A stretch of 64,000 nt of DNA from assembly GCA_963522765.1 (NCBI GenBank), contig CAUQZM010000001.1:18329-82328 (forward strand). Direction: 5' to 3'. This document shows positions 28,466-38,594 of this stretch, piece after piece. The translations under genes were made by a program, and so were the position numbers. The stretch comes from an uncultured Campylobacter sp. Its GTDB lineage: Bacteria; Campylobacterota; Campylobacteria; Campylobacterales; Campylobacteraceae. Each line of letters begins with the position of its first letter. The first letter of the stretch is position 1. The notes beneath the pieces were generated by a model. That model did not search any database and had not been told where the DNA came from. It was given only the letters and a program-made list of their open reading frames with translations.

Positions 28466-29395
28466 TTATCTATTTTCGGAATTGCAGGTTTTAAATTTAT
28501 CATAAACCAATACTACAAAGGTAGAAAGCATAAGTCCTATTATTGCAGATATTGCTAAAATGATTAGTTTTTTAGGCTTTGCTGGGCGATCAGATAAAAC
28601 TATATTAGAAATTATATGAGAAGTTTTAAAATTAAAATCAGAAAGCCTACTTTCTATAATGCTCTTTTTCTTCATTAAATCAGGAATTTGTATTAGAGTT
28701 ATAGCGCTCATTTCATCGCTTATTTTAGGTATATTGTCGTTTAAAATTTTGTCTTTTATATTCATTAACTCCATCAGTTTTAATTCGCCAGCATCGCTAA
28801 GCTTTTCTTTCTTGTTCAGCATGTCTATTTGATCATCTATTTTGGCTATCTGAATACCTTTTAAATATTCTATGCGTTCTTTTAAAATACGAATTTTATC
28901 ATTTTTTAAATAACTTATCTGTGAATCAATACTTACCGATTGTTCACGTACAGCCTTTTTATATTCATCTAAAACTATAGCATCTTCTTTGCTTAAATCT
29001 GCCACCATCTCATCTATCTGTTTTTTTAGTAATTCGTTTGATTTGGCAAACGCCGTTATAATAAATATATTGGCGCTATCTTTATCGGCGACGATACTAT
29101 CAACCGTTACGTTCTTGTCCTTAATATCCTTTAGTCCATCAATATATTTTACTCTAAGCTCATGCATCCGAACGGATCTTTCGGTTATATACTGTGGCAT
29201 ACCAGTTTCATTATTATAATAGGCGGTTTCTATCATCGCCGTTGCTTTATACCACGGAGTAGCAAATAGAATGTACAAAAGCCCAATCGCAATAAATCCG
29301 CAAGTTACTATACAAATTTGCTTTTTATATTTCCATATCTTTTTTGCCAAATCTAGCAGATCAATCTCATCATCTTCACAATAATTCTGTTGCAT
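28466..29395 (-). CDS. wzz: Polysaccharide co-polymerase / chain-length determinant (Wzz family)
   Basis: N-terminal DDEIDLLDLAKKIWKYKK plus a TM helix, a long coiled-coil middle, and a C-terminal PAKPKKLIILAISAIIGLMLS TM helix. Confidence 0.75.
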   Translation of the reverse strand: MQQNYCEDDEIDLLDLAKKIWKYKKQICIVTCGFIAIGLLYILFATPWYKATAMIETAYYNNETGMPQYITERSVRMHELRVKYIDGLKDIKDKNVTVDSIVADKDSANIFIITAFAKSNELLKKQIDEMVADLSKEDAIVLDEYKKAVREQSVSIDSQISYLKNDKIRILKERIEYLKGIQIAKIDDQIDMLNKKEKLSDAGELKLMELMNIKDKILNDNIPKISDEMSAITLIQIPDLMKKKSIIESRLSDFNFKTSHIISNIVLSDRPAKPKKLIILAISAIIGLMLSTFVVLVYDKFKTCNSENR

Positions 29396-29417
29396 ATTTC
29401 TTCTCCAAATTTAAAAT

Positions 29418-30749
29418 TTAAATTGCGCCCTCGCGAACAAGGACCACCTTAAAGGTTTTTATGATTATCACGATATCGTTCCATATCGACCAGTTTTTCA
29501 TATACCACGTATCCATGCCCGCCCTGGTCGCAAAATCCACGTCGCTGCGCCCGCTCACCTGCCAAAGCCCCGTAATACCGGGCTTAACGGCTAGGATTAG
29601 ATCGGCGTATTCGCCCATATCCTTGCGCTCGTATTGCGCGCACGGGCGAGGACCTACGATGCTCATTTCGCCCTTTAGGACGTTGATCAGCTGCGGAAGC
29701 TCATCGAGCGAGCTTTTGCGTAAAAAATCGCCCAGCTTCGTGATGCGCGGATCGTGCTCGTATTTGTGATATTTTTCAAAATACTCCACCTCTTGCGGAT
29801 TTTGCTTAAGATACTGCGCTAAAATTTCATCGCCGTCTTCTTTCATCGAGCGAAATTTCAGACATCCAAACGGCTTGCCGCCGAATCCCATCCTTTGGTG
29901 CGAAAAAAATATGCGTCCCGTGGGCTCTTTTAGCTTCATCATCAGCGCGATTATACCAAAAATCGGCACCAGCAGAGGAAGCGCTAAGAAAATTAGCGCT
30001 AAATCAAGCCCGCGTTTAAGAGCTAAATTTAAAGGGCTTTTCAGAGAATTTCGTATCGCAAAGAGGCTGGTGCGCGAGGCAAAAACGCTGTAAATATCTG
30101 CCTGCGTAAAATCGTATGAGCGCAGCACGGGGGTAAATAAAATTTCTTTGTTCTTTCTGATATTATGTTCGATAAGCTCGTTCAAGGCTTTCGCACCAAG
30201 CCTACTTCCGCCGATAAATAATACGTCGTAATCGCTTCCAAGAGCTCTAACATATCCTAAATACGCGCTTTCTAAGACGGCGCTCTCAAACTCCTCGCCC
30301 TCGCCTAAAATTTTCGCCCTCTTTCGCCATAGGCCAAATTTAAAAAGACTCCTTTTCGTTATGAGTTTAAAAAGAGGCAAAATCACCGCCATAAAGGCAA
30401 AGCTCAAAATAAAGCTGGCACGTGAAAATTCGTAATTGACTTTGATTAAAGCAAGTAGCGCAAGGCTTAGTAAAAGCCCCAAGAAGCAGCTTTTTACTAA
30501 AATTCTACTCTCATGCCAAAAATCATATCGCCTCGAATAGATCCCCTGATAGAAAAATAGAAATATCATTATGACGTAGGACGGCGCAAAGCCCTGATAC
30601 CTGCCGATATCCAGCAGTACGCTATCGCCGTAGAGCAGATTTTTAAGCACCACGGCAAGCCCGAAGCAAAGCCAGATACCGAAAATATCGACCGCCAAGA
30701 TTATCAAAACGCAGAGTTGCTTTTTCATCCTAGCTCCTATTAAAATCAT
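29418..30749 (-). CDS. Undecaprenyl-phosphate sugar phosphotransferase (initiating transferase, WbaP/bacterial sugar transferase family)
   Basis: N-terminal multi-TM region. C-terminal catalytic domain with KFRSM and DELPQLINVLKGEMSIVGPRP. Confidence 0.85.
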   Translation of the reverse strand: MILIGARMKKQLCVLIILAVDIFGIWLCFGLAVVLKNLLYGDSVLLDIGRYQGFAPSYVIMIFLFFYQGIYSRRYDFWHESRILVKSCFLGLLLSLALLALIKVNYEFSRASFILSFAFMAVILPLFKLITKRSLFKFGLWRKRAKILGEGEEFESAVLESAYLGYVRALGSDYDVLFIGGSRLGAKALNELIEHNIRKNKEILFTPVLRSYDFTQADIYSVFASRTSLFAIRNSLKSPLNLALKRGLDLALIFLALPLLVPIFGIIALMMKLKEPTGRIFFSHQRMGFGGKPFGCLKFRSMKEDGDEILAQYLKQNPQEVEYFEKYHKYEHDPRITKLGDFLRKSSLDELPQLINVLKGEMSIVGPRPCAQYERKDMGEYADLILAVKPGITGLWQVSGRSDVDFATRAGMDTWYMKNWSIWNDIVIIIKTFKVVLVREGAI

Positions 30750-32094
30750 CTTGCAGGCGCACGATATCGTCCTCGCCGGTATAGCTGCCGACTTGAGCTT
30801 CGATTAGCACGACGGGGATTTTACCCTCATTTGCGAGGCGATGGACCTCACCCATCCTAATGAACGTAGATTCATTCTCGCGCAGCAAGAAATTTCGCTC
30901 GCCCACAGTCACGGTCGCGGTGCCGCTAACGACGATCCAATGCTCGTTGCGATGGTAGTGCTTCTGCAGCGATAGCCGCTTGCCGGGCTTAACGACTATA
31001 CGCTTGATCTTGTAGCCGTGCTCATCTTCAAGCACCGTGTAGCTGCCCCACGGGCGGTGCGTCGTTACGTGCACGCGCGCTAGATCGCTATCTCCGAGCC
31101 GCTCCACTACCTGCTTTACCTTTTGGGTAGAGCCTTTTTTACATATGAGCAGGGCGTCTTTGGTATCGACGATAGCGAGATCCTCGATGTCTATGGCGGC
31201 TATCGTGCGGCCCGAGCCGATGATGAGATTGTTTTTAGAATTTAGAGCGATATTTTGCTCGCTTGCGGTGTTGCCGTTCGCGTCTTTAGGTAGCTCGGCG
31301 TCTAAGCTATCGAAGCTTCCCAGATCGCTCCAGCCGATGTCTGCGGGTACGACCTTAGCAAGGCTCGTGTGCTCCATAACTGCGTAATCGATGCTATCTG
31401 CGGGGATCTCTTGCATATCGTCTAGTTTAATTCTAAGCGGATTTTCTGCGTTAGAATTTTCGTACGCACGGACGCAGGCTTCGTAAATTTCAGGGCTCTG
31501 CGCCTTTAGCTCGCTCAAAAATACGCCAGCTTTAAACATAAACATGCCGCTGTTCCAATAAAAATTCCCCGCCGCTATGTAGCTTTGCGCTGCCGCAAGC
31601 TCAGGCTTTTCGTGAAATTTTAACACGTCCTCGCCGCTTGCTTCGATATAGCCGTAGCCCGTATTTGCATCCGCAGGCCTGATACCAAACGTCACCAAAA
31701 ACCCCTGCTTTGCAAGCTCGTGCGCGCGCAAGACGCTGTTTTTATACGCCGCTTCGTCTTTAATTAGATGATCGCTCGGCGTTACGAAAACGATCTCCTC
31801 GGCCTTTAGGCTCAAACATGCAAGCGCGATCGCAGGAGCCGTATTTCTGCCAACGGGCTCGAGCAAAAATTTTACACCGCGCGCTCCTAGGACCTCAAGC
31901 TGATCAAGCGCCAAAAAATACTGCTGCTCGTTCGAGACGACGAGCGTGCGCTCGCATAGCGGAGAGTTTCGCTCGTAGCTCATCATAAAAAGCGAGCGGT
32001 CGTCAAAGAGGCGCACGAACTGCTTTGGCATAAGCGTACGGCTGATGGGCCACAGCCTCGTGCCGCTGCCGCCGCTTAGGATTATATTAGTCAT
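30730..32094 (-). CDS. manC: Mannose-1-phosphate guanylyltransferase / mannose-6-phosphate isomerase
   Basis: ILSGGSGTRLWPISR nucleotidyltransferase motif and a C-terminal cupin (RPWGSY, HRNEHWIVVSGTA). Confidence 0.88.
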   Translation of the reverse strand: MTNIILSGGSGTRLWPISRTLMPKQFVRLFDDRSLFMMSYERNSPLCERTLVVSNEQQYFLALDQLEVLGARGVKFLLEPVGRNTAPAIALACLSLKAEEIVFVTPSDHLIKDEAAYKNSVLRAHELAKQGFLVTFGIRPADANTGYGYIEASGEDVLKFHEKPELAAAQSYIAAGNFYWNSGMFMFKAGVFLSELKAQSPEIYEACVRAYENSNAENPLRIKLDDMQEIPADSIDYAVMEHTSLAKVVPADIGWSDLGSFDSLDAELPKDANGNTASEQNIALNSKNNLIIGSGRTIAAIDIEDLAIVDTKDALLICKKGSTQKVKQVVERLGDSDLARVHVTTHRPWGSYTVLEDEHGYKIKRIVVKPGKRLSLQKHYHRNEHWIVVSGTATVTVGERNFLLRENESTFIRMGEVHRLANEGKIPVVLIEAQVGSYTGEDDIVRLQDDFNRS

Positions 32095-33211
32095 TTAGGC
32101 CGTCCTTAAATTCCTCATATTTTTTCTCGACGTAGCTTTTGATCTCGACTTCAAAGCGTGCGCGCGAAAATTTTAAAGAATTTTCTCTGATTTTTACAGG
32201 CTCAAATTTATCATAATTTTGCTCAAATTTAGCTACGGCGGCGAGCAGCTCCTTTGTATTTTGCTCCATAAAATACAGTCCGCTCTCGCCGTCAAGCACC
32301 GTCTCGCGAGCGCCGCCGCGCCCAAAGCAGATCACCGGCGTGCCGCATGCCTGCGCTTCTACCGGCGTAATGCCGAAGTCCTCTTCGGCGGCAAAAACAA
32401 ACGCCTTAGCCCGCCCCATGAGATCCGCCATCGTTTCATCGCTCGCAAAGCCCAAAAGCTCGACATTTTTGCCTGCTTTTGATTTTATTTTGGCCATATC
32501 GGGTCCGTCGCCAATGACTAGCAGCTTTTTATCCGTCTGCGAAAACGCCTCGACGATAAGATCGATCTTTTTGTACGGAACCATACGCGAGGCAGTGAGA
32601 TAGAACTCCTCTTTAGCTTCGCGCAGCGTAAATTTATCTACATCCACGGGCGGATAGATGACGTCGCTAGGCTTGCCGTATGTTTTTTTGATACGGCGCG
32701 CGATGTAGCGGCTGTTTGCGACGTAGTGATCCACGCGGTTTGCGGTGCTCGCGTCCCAAAGCCGAATTTTATGTAAAAAATACTTCGCCAGCATGCCCTT
32801 TAAACCGCGATCTAGCCCGCTTTCGCGCAAGTACTGATGATACAGATCCCACGCGTAGCGGATCGGCGTGTGTACATAAGCGATGTGAAGCTGATTTGAG
32901 TGCGTCAGCACCCCCTTTGCTACGGCATGCGAGCTGGATAGCACGACATCATAGCCGCTTAGATCAAACTGCTCGATCGCGAGCGGAAATAGCGGCAGGT
33001 AGTTGCGGTATTTATCCTTTGCAAAGGGTAGCTTCTGGATAAAGCTCGTATGGGCGCGCTTGCCCTTTAAAATTTTATCTCGGTCGGCATCGCTTAAAAA
33101 GTCGATGAGGCTGTAAATTTCAAAATCATCCCAGATATCGGTAAAACTCTCAACGCATTTCTCCGCGCCCGCATAGGTACTAAACCAGTCGTGAATAAGG
33201 GCTTTTTTCAT
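32087..33211 (-). CDS. Glycosyltransferase, GT4 family
   Basis: GT-B C-terminal signature EDFGITPVEAQACGTPVI. Host-like GC. Confidence 0.8.
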   Translation of the reverse strand: MKKALIHDWFSTYAGAEKCVESFTDIWDDFEIYSLIDFLSDADRDKILKGKRAHTSFIQKLPFAKDKYRNYLPLFPLAIEQFDLSGYDVVLSSSHAVAKGVLTHSNQLHIAYVHTPIRYAWDLYHQYLRESGLDRGLKGMLAKYFLHKIRLWDASTANRVDHYVANSRYIARRIKKTYGKPSDVIYPPVDVDKFTLREAKEEFYLTASRMVPYKKIDLIVEAFSQTDKKLLVIGDGPDMAKIKSKAGKNVELLGFASDETMADLMGRAKAFVFAAEEDFGITPVEAQACGTPVICFGRGGARETVLDGESGLYFMEQNTKELLAAVAKFEQNYDKFEPVKIRENSLKFSRARFEVEIKSYVEKKYEEFKDGLND

Positions 33212-34311
33212 TGCAGCTTCCTAGTTGATCTATTTTCAAATATTTGCTCGTAAATTTTTTCCACTTTACGAACCGCGATGCCTATATCAAATTTATCTTT
33301 AAAATTTAGCAATGCTTCGGCTTGCATTTTACCGTATATTTTCTCATCATTTAATAAAATTTCTATCTCCCGGCACGCCTTCTGTGCACTCTCAAACAAG
33401 AACCCGTTTTTGTCGTTTTCTACGACTTCGTTATTTCCCACGACGTTTGTCGCCACTATCGGGATACCGAGCGACTGAGCCTCCATAAGCGCATAAGGCA
33501 GCCCCTCCCATCTGGACGTAGACAGATAGATGTCCGTAGCGGATAGATACGCGGGCACTTCGTCTGTAAAGCCCGTAAAGATTATATTTGCGCCGTCTTT
33601 TTGCGCCATAGATTCAAATTTCGCCCTATCATCGCCGTCTCCGAGCCACAAAAAAACGATGTCTGGGTTGTCTTTAAAATTTTGAGCTATCTCGTACGCC
33701 AAAGACATATTTTTCGCATAATCAAATCTTGAAATAGTCGTAACTACCCTTTTCCCTGATAAATTAAATTTTATCTTGGCATTATCGTCTTTTAAAAGAG
33801 CTTTTATACCGTTATATACGATCTCGCTCTTGCCTTTTTTAAATAGCCCAAGCTTTAAACAAACGCTATTTTCACTATTTGAGACATTTATAAATTTATC
33901 GGTAAATAACGTTAAAAATCGCTCCAAAAAAACATATGCGCTCTTTTTTAAAAAGCCGTATTCTCCGATATGAACGCCGTGTAAAGTGTGAACTATCTTT
34001 AGCCTTGGATTTAAAATTTTAAGCATCCGCGAATAGATGCCCGCACCTTTGCCATGAGAATGAACTATCTCTATATCGTTATCTTTTATAAATTTATTCA
34101 GCCCAAGGAGTTTTTTTACACTAAATTTTCTGTGCGGCAGGGCAAATATATCTTTAACCTTTTTTGACTCGCTCCACATATTATAATAGGGCTTATCTTT
34201 CGGACAAGCAAGATATATCTCTATCCCGCTAGATAAATTATTTATAAGTAGATCAACGTGTTTTGGACCGCCGCCGTGATCGGCCCTAAGCGTTATAAAT
34301 AAAATTTTCAT
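33208..34311 (-). CDS. Glycosyltransferase, GT4 family
   Basis: SRWEGLPYALMEAQSLGIPIVATNVVGNNE (E-x7-E region). ATGA overlap with the neighbouring gene. Confidence 0.8.
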   Translation of the reverse strand: MKILFITLRADHGGGPKHVDLLINNLSSGIEIYLACPKDKPYYNMWSESKKVKDIFALPHRKFSVKKLLGLNKFIKDNDIEIVHSHGKGAGIYSRMLKILNPRLKIVHTLHGVHIGEYGFLKKSAYVFLERFLTLFTDKFINVSNSENSVCLKLGLFKKGKSEIVYNGIKALLKDDNAKIKFNLSGKRVVTTISRFDYAKNMSLAYEIAQNFKDNPDIVFLWLGDGDDRAKFESMAQKDGANIIFTGFTDEVPAYLSATDIYLSTSRWEGLPYALMEAQSLGIPIVATNVVGNNEVVENDKNGFLFESAQKACREIEILLNDEKIYGKMQAEALLNFKDKFDIGIAVRKVEKIYEQIFENRSTRKLQ

Positions 34312-35384
34312 TTGTCATAATCCTTCAGTATAAATGATATATATATATATAGAATAAGCTCATGCAAAGCATTGACAAATAGACAAGAAGCTAATAAAGA
34401 TATAAAGGCAATAAATAAATTATGATTTGTCAATATAGCTTTTCTTAAAATATAAATTATAAAAGCACAAAACAAAATATAACCAATAACACCGAATTCA
34501 GAAAATACTTGTAGAAAAAGATTGTGTTGTTCTAATATCAAATTCATACGCTCTAAAGCATTTAAATGCAATAAGTACTCTGAATCAAGAATTAAATTTT
34601 TGCCATTAAAATATCCTATACCAAAACCATAATTATCAAAACCCATATTAGCATATGCAACATGTAACTGATACCTAAGAGACGAAAAATCATCTATTAA
34701 AATTTTATTATCTATATCCAAAATGCGGTCCACTCCAAGTATCAAAAAAGGATATAGAAATATAAATAAAATATATAGACATCCAAAATAAACACTTACT
34801 CGTTTGTTTATCTTCGAGATTATAGACAAAAATATAAATAAGAATAAGGATATTATAAAGCTCCTATTAGCAGTAAAAATTATAGATAAAAAAGATATGG
34901 CAGAATAGTAGTATACTTTTTTTGTTGCGAATAAAAGACCAATTCCGGTAAGCAATAATGCAGTAAAATTAAATTCTCCAATAACCCCCCTGTATCGTGG
35001 CAAATAAAAACCAAAAAAATCTCTATAGCCAGCATTATTGCCCATGTATACTTCTAAGATAAAAACAAGTATAATAAATATAAGCATTATTTTTAATATT
35101 AAAAATATATCATACTTTTTTAATACCTTGATTAAATACATAGAGAAAAATAAAATTAAAGTAAGTTGCAGTAGCCTAAAAATCGATGATATCCGGGCAG
35201 TATATACACATACTACAACATTGCATATTATCATAATAAAAATTGGAATATAGCATGCATATATCTTTTTATACTTAAATATGTAAATAAATCCAAAAAT
35301 GGGAGCCAAAGCATTAAAATATAATGGTAGACTAAATGGTTGTTTTAATATAAAAAAAGGTAAAAGTCTATAAAGTAACTTCAT
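34308..35384 (-). CDS. wzy: O-antigen polymerase (Wzy) or ligase-like multi-pass membrane protein
   Basis: About 10 hydrophobic spans, very low GC, and its position among glycosyltransferases. Wzy and WaaL cannot be told apart by eye. Confidence 0.6.
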   Translation of the reverse strand: MKLLYRLLPFFILKQPFSLPLYFNALAPIFGFIYIFKYKKIYACYIPIFIMIICNVVVCVYTARISSIFRLLQLTLILFFSMYLIKVLKKYDIFLILKIMLIFIILVFILEVYMGNNAGYRDFFGFYLPRYRGVIGEFNFTALLLTGIGLLFATKKVYYYSAISFLSIIFTANRSFIISLFLFIFLSIISKINKRVSVYFGCLYILFIFLYPFLILGVDRILDIDNKILIDDFSSLRYQLHVAYANMGFDNYGFGIGYFNGKNLILDSEYLLHLNALERMNLILEQHNLFLQVFSEFGVIGYILFCAFIIYILRKAILTNHNLFIAFISLLASCLFVNALHELILYIYISFILKDYDK

Positions 35385-36511
35385 AAATCTTTAAGCAAGG
35401 TGCTTAGCTTGCCATTCCATGTAACATGTTCTAGATGAAACCTCTGCCTAGCTTCTCTACTTTCAATACAATTCAGAAAGCTATCGCTATTACATGCAAA
35501 ATACACATAATCACTCATATCTTTAATCTGCTCCCACTCCACGCTAACAACTTTTAATCCGCAAGCTAGATACTCATACATCTTTAGCGGATTTATACTA
35601 TTTACTAAATCAGGATAATCCTTAACATTAAAAGGAATTATGCCCACCTGCGAATTATATAAAAACGCAGGAATTTTAGCGTATGGAATAGAGCCTAAAA
35701 TATGGATATTTTTTAACTTTTTGAGTAAAGATAGATCTTTTTGCTCCGGACCTATTATAATAAAACTAAAATTTGGCAAATTTTTAGCGCAGTAATACAC
35801 TAAATCCACATCAAACCAATCATGTATTGCGCCTACGTAAATTACCCTAGGCTCAGGAATATCTTCAAGCTCCTGCGGCAAAGACCTGTCTGCCGTTTTA
35901 AAAAAATCGAGATCAATGCCATTTGGCACATATTTCATTTTAGATTTATCTTTTATTTGATCGTATTTTTCTTTTAAATTTTTTGCCGTATAAATGACAG
36001 CATCTACTTTATTTGCGATATTTATCTCGGCGTTAAACTGCGCATCAGAAACCGCATTAAAGCCTTTTGAATAATCGGCTATCCTTAAAATCGATTTTTT
36101 ATAAGTTATAGTATCCAGCAAAAAACCAAACAATGGGCTATCAAACCACAATATATCAACCTCGCCAAAACCCCGCTCTCTTATAAAATTTAATAAATTT
36201 GGATACGTAAAATTTTGCCAATTATTTAAAACAAAATTTGACGATAAAATCGGCTTATTTTGAGGCGTAAAAAAGGAGTGCGGAACATAATAAAAAATAC
36301 CGCCTGCGCCCTCGCCTCCTTTTTTATAAATTCTTTCCCGCTCTTTTAATTCGTTACTATTTGCAAAAATTTTATGTATCGGCGAGATAGGATTTGAGAT
36401 AAAAAGCACCTCATATCCTAGCTTTTCAAACGCCCTGGCATAATGATGGCTACCGACCTGAAACGGCGAAGTATAGTAATTCGCAACGGCCATTAAAACT
36501 TTTTTAGACAT
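35381..36511 (-). CDS. Glycosyltransferase (GT-B fold, GT4-like)
   Basis: 376 aa. C-terminal IIPFN...NPLKMYEYLACGLKVV pattern. Operon context. Confidence 0.65.
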   Translation of the reverse strand: MSKKVLMAVANYYTSPFQVGSHHYARAFEKLGYEVLFISNPISPIHKIFANSNELKERERIYKKGGEGAGGIFYYVPHSFFTPQNKPILSSNFVLNNWQNFTYPNLLNFIRERGFGEVDILWFDSPLFGFLLDTITYKKSILRIADYSKGFNAVSDAQFNAEINIANKVDAVIYTAKNLKEKYDQIKDKSKMKYVPNGIDLDFFKTADRSLPQELEDIPEPRVIYVGAIHDWFDVDLVYYCAKNLPNFSFIIIGPEQKDLSLLKKLKNIHILGSIPYAKIPAFLYNSQVGIIPFNVKDYPDLVNSINPLKMYEYLACGLKVVSVEWEQIKDMSDYVYFACNSDSFLNCIESREARQRFHLEHVTWNGKLSTLLKDL

Positions 36512-38594
36512 TTTTCATCAACTTCCCATATCCATTTGAATATAACTCAAATTTACTATAATAAAATTCTCTATTTGCCATATCGATAATCTCCAGCCTA
36601 TCCTCTTTTATCTCAAATTTTCTAATTATCTTTACGCCCTTGTATTCTGCGGCTAGGCTTATAAAATTTTCTCCAAAATCCGTCACTTCGCATCTGCATT
36701 CCGCAAACATTCCAAATAGTCCTATCGCCCCCTCGCCCCAACTATTTTGCTCTAGATCTTCCACGATCGGTACGTTGTGAGCCTTGACGCTTCTAAATTC
36801 ATTTCTTCTGCCGGGAAGCGGCGTATAAAGATAGGTGCCGGGATCTCTCGCTATATCCAGCCCGTCTATCCACAGCTCGTAGCCTAGCTTATCGTTGTGC
36901 GTATGTCCACCGTGACCCTTTTGTCCAAGCGGCGTAGCGCAGACGGCGAGGTAAAATTTGCTGGACTTGAAGATAAAAATTCCGCTATCCGGATAAAATA
37001 TATTTTTGATCTCTTGCGAATTTGGAATTTTAAATTCCGTGCCCTTTTGATATGGTAGTTCGCTAAATTTCGCACCCGAGGCGCTCGGACTTTTATATGT
37101 TTTATCGCCTGCTTGCAGCGTACGCCCTGCGAGCGAGCGAATAAAACTCCTCTCAAAGCAAAAACCGTTTTTAAATATCTCATCGTCAAAAATCCCGTCC
37201 ATGCAGCTAATTAGCGTGGAGTGGTTTAAGATATTCTCATCCCAAAACAGCTCGTCGCCGCCCTCAAAGCCGCTCAAATTTAGATATTTTCGCACGGCTT
37301 GTTCGTTGCTCAAGAACTCGCCGTTTGGGCTAAATTTAAAAAACCCGCCGCTATCGTTATCGCCGAATTGCGGTACTTCGCCGTTTGGCTTTGTAATGTC
37401 CGCGGTAAACCTGCCGATTTTATACAGCCTGTCCACGAACCACTGCGGCAGCGCTATTTGTCCGTTTAAAATTTTAAATTCCTGCTCGTCCGGCGGCAAG
37501 AGCTTCGGCTTTTTGCGCCAAAGCTTTGCATCATAATTTTTTAGCGATGAAATTTTTTCGCTTTTTAGGCCCAGTACCAGAGCCGCGGCATATGCCATTA
37601 GCTCGCCGCTTAGGCGGTGGTAGCTCGTAGAGCTCTCAAAATTTCCGCCGTCTTGGCAAAATTCATTTTTCATTTCACGGATTACTTCTTGCACGGCAAA
37701 CGCTAGCCACGCGTCCGTCTCGCCGCCGCCGTCCAAATACGAGCACGCATACAGCAGACCCACGATATCGCTCAGATAGTGATTTGACGTAAGATGCGGC
37801 GAATATTCTAGATTATTCACGACATGAAGTGCATGTTCGTAGACGCTATTTGAAAAAGTCTGCTTGAAATTTTGATCCAAAATTCCACCCTCATCCATCT
37901 GGCAAAACATATCGTAAGCCGCCAGCATGTTGGCGACCCTGATGCCAACGTCCATCGTGCAGGTCCAATTTACGCCCATTCTAGGCGGATTATTGCGGAT
38001 AAAATCTAAAATTTGGTTTTTAAATTCTTTTAAATTTTGCTCTTTTAAACTCGGATCTACTATCGCAAAAATAGCGAGCTGCGGCAAGTGCTGCAACCTC
38101 GCAAGCTCCCACGGCACCTTTATATCGCTGCCGAGCTTATGGGCTATGCGCTGATCTTTGTACCATTTTTTTTCGCTCCACCGAAAGCCGCTTTTAAAAT
38201 CCTTTTGCCAATCGATCGGCTCGTAGCCTTCGGACGCGCTCGCGGGCGCCGCGACATTCATATCGTATTTGTAGCCCTCAAGCCCGAGCGCCGCGCTATC
38301 ATAGCTATTTTTTACCCAGCCGCTACCGAACAGATCAAATTTATGCTCGATGTACATTTTAGATAGATATTTTGCGACATCCGGATCGATATTTGACAGG
38401 TCGAGCTCTTTTGTATTTATATAGCTAGTTTTGATAATAGAAACGTTAAAATTTATGTGAGTATTGCCTAGCAGATCGCACATTTTTTGAAATTTATTCT
38501 TTGCGATATTTAAAATTTTATTAGCTATTTTTGCAGCCAACGCATCAAACGGCATTGATCTAGCTTTTTTAAGATAATAAGAAATTCTACTCAT
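36504..38594 (-). CDS. Heparinase II/III-like protein (696 aa), apparently cytoplasmic
   Basis: The C-terminal GHGGHTHNDKLGYELWIDG resembles the heparinase II/III family His cluster. The N-terminal region is alginate-lyase-like. No signal peptide or TM segment at the N-terminus (MSRISYYLKKARSMPFDALAAK). Confidence 0.65.
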   Translation of the reverse strand: MSRISYYLKKARSMPFDALAAKIANKILNIAKNKFQKMCDLLGNTHINFNVSIIKTSYINTKELDLSNIDPDVAKYLSKMYIEHKFDLFGSGWVKNSYDSAALGLEGYKYDMNVAAPASASEGYEPIDWQKDFKSGFRWSEKKWYKDQRIAHKLGSDIKVPWELARLQHLPQLAIFAIVDPSLKEQNLKEFKNQILDFIRNNPPRMGVNWTCTMDVGIRVANMLAAYDMFCQMDEGGILDQNFKQTFSNSVYEHALHVVNNLEYSPHLTSNHYLSDIVGLLYACSYLDGGGETDAWLAFAVQEVIREMKNEFCQDGGNFESSTSYHRLSGELMAYAAALVLGLKSEKISSLKNYDAKLWRKKPKLLPPDEQEFKILNGQIALPQWFVDRLYKIGRFTADITKPNGEVPQFGDNDSGGFFKFSPNGEFLSNEQAVRKYLNLSGFEGGDELFWDENILNHSTLISCMDGIFDDEIFKNGFCFERSFIRSLAGRTLQAGDKTYKSPSASGAKFSELPYQKGTEFKIPNSQEIKNIFYPDSGIFIFKSSKFYLAVCATPLGQKGHGGHTHNDKLGYELWIDGLDIARDPGTYLYTPLPGRRNEFRSVKAHNVPIVEDLEQNSWGEGAIGLFGMFAECRCEVTDFGENFISLAAEYKGVKIIRKFEIKEDRLEIIDMANREFYYSKFELYSNGYGKLMKNV

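Noticed and set aside
36884-37189. 101-aa same-strand, off-frame ORF inside the heparinase-like gene
   Set aside because: It is fully nested within a longer ORF that carries family motifs. Its composition is basic and low in complexity, typical of an off-frame translation.
38166-38173. T8 (A8 on the coding strand) tract in the heparinase-like gene as a slippage site
   Set aside because: Poly-A/T runs of this length are frequent throughout the AT-rich locus and encode Lys-Lys. There is no evidence of a frameshift.
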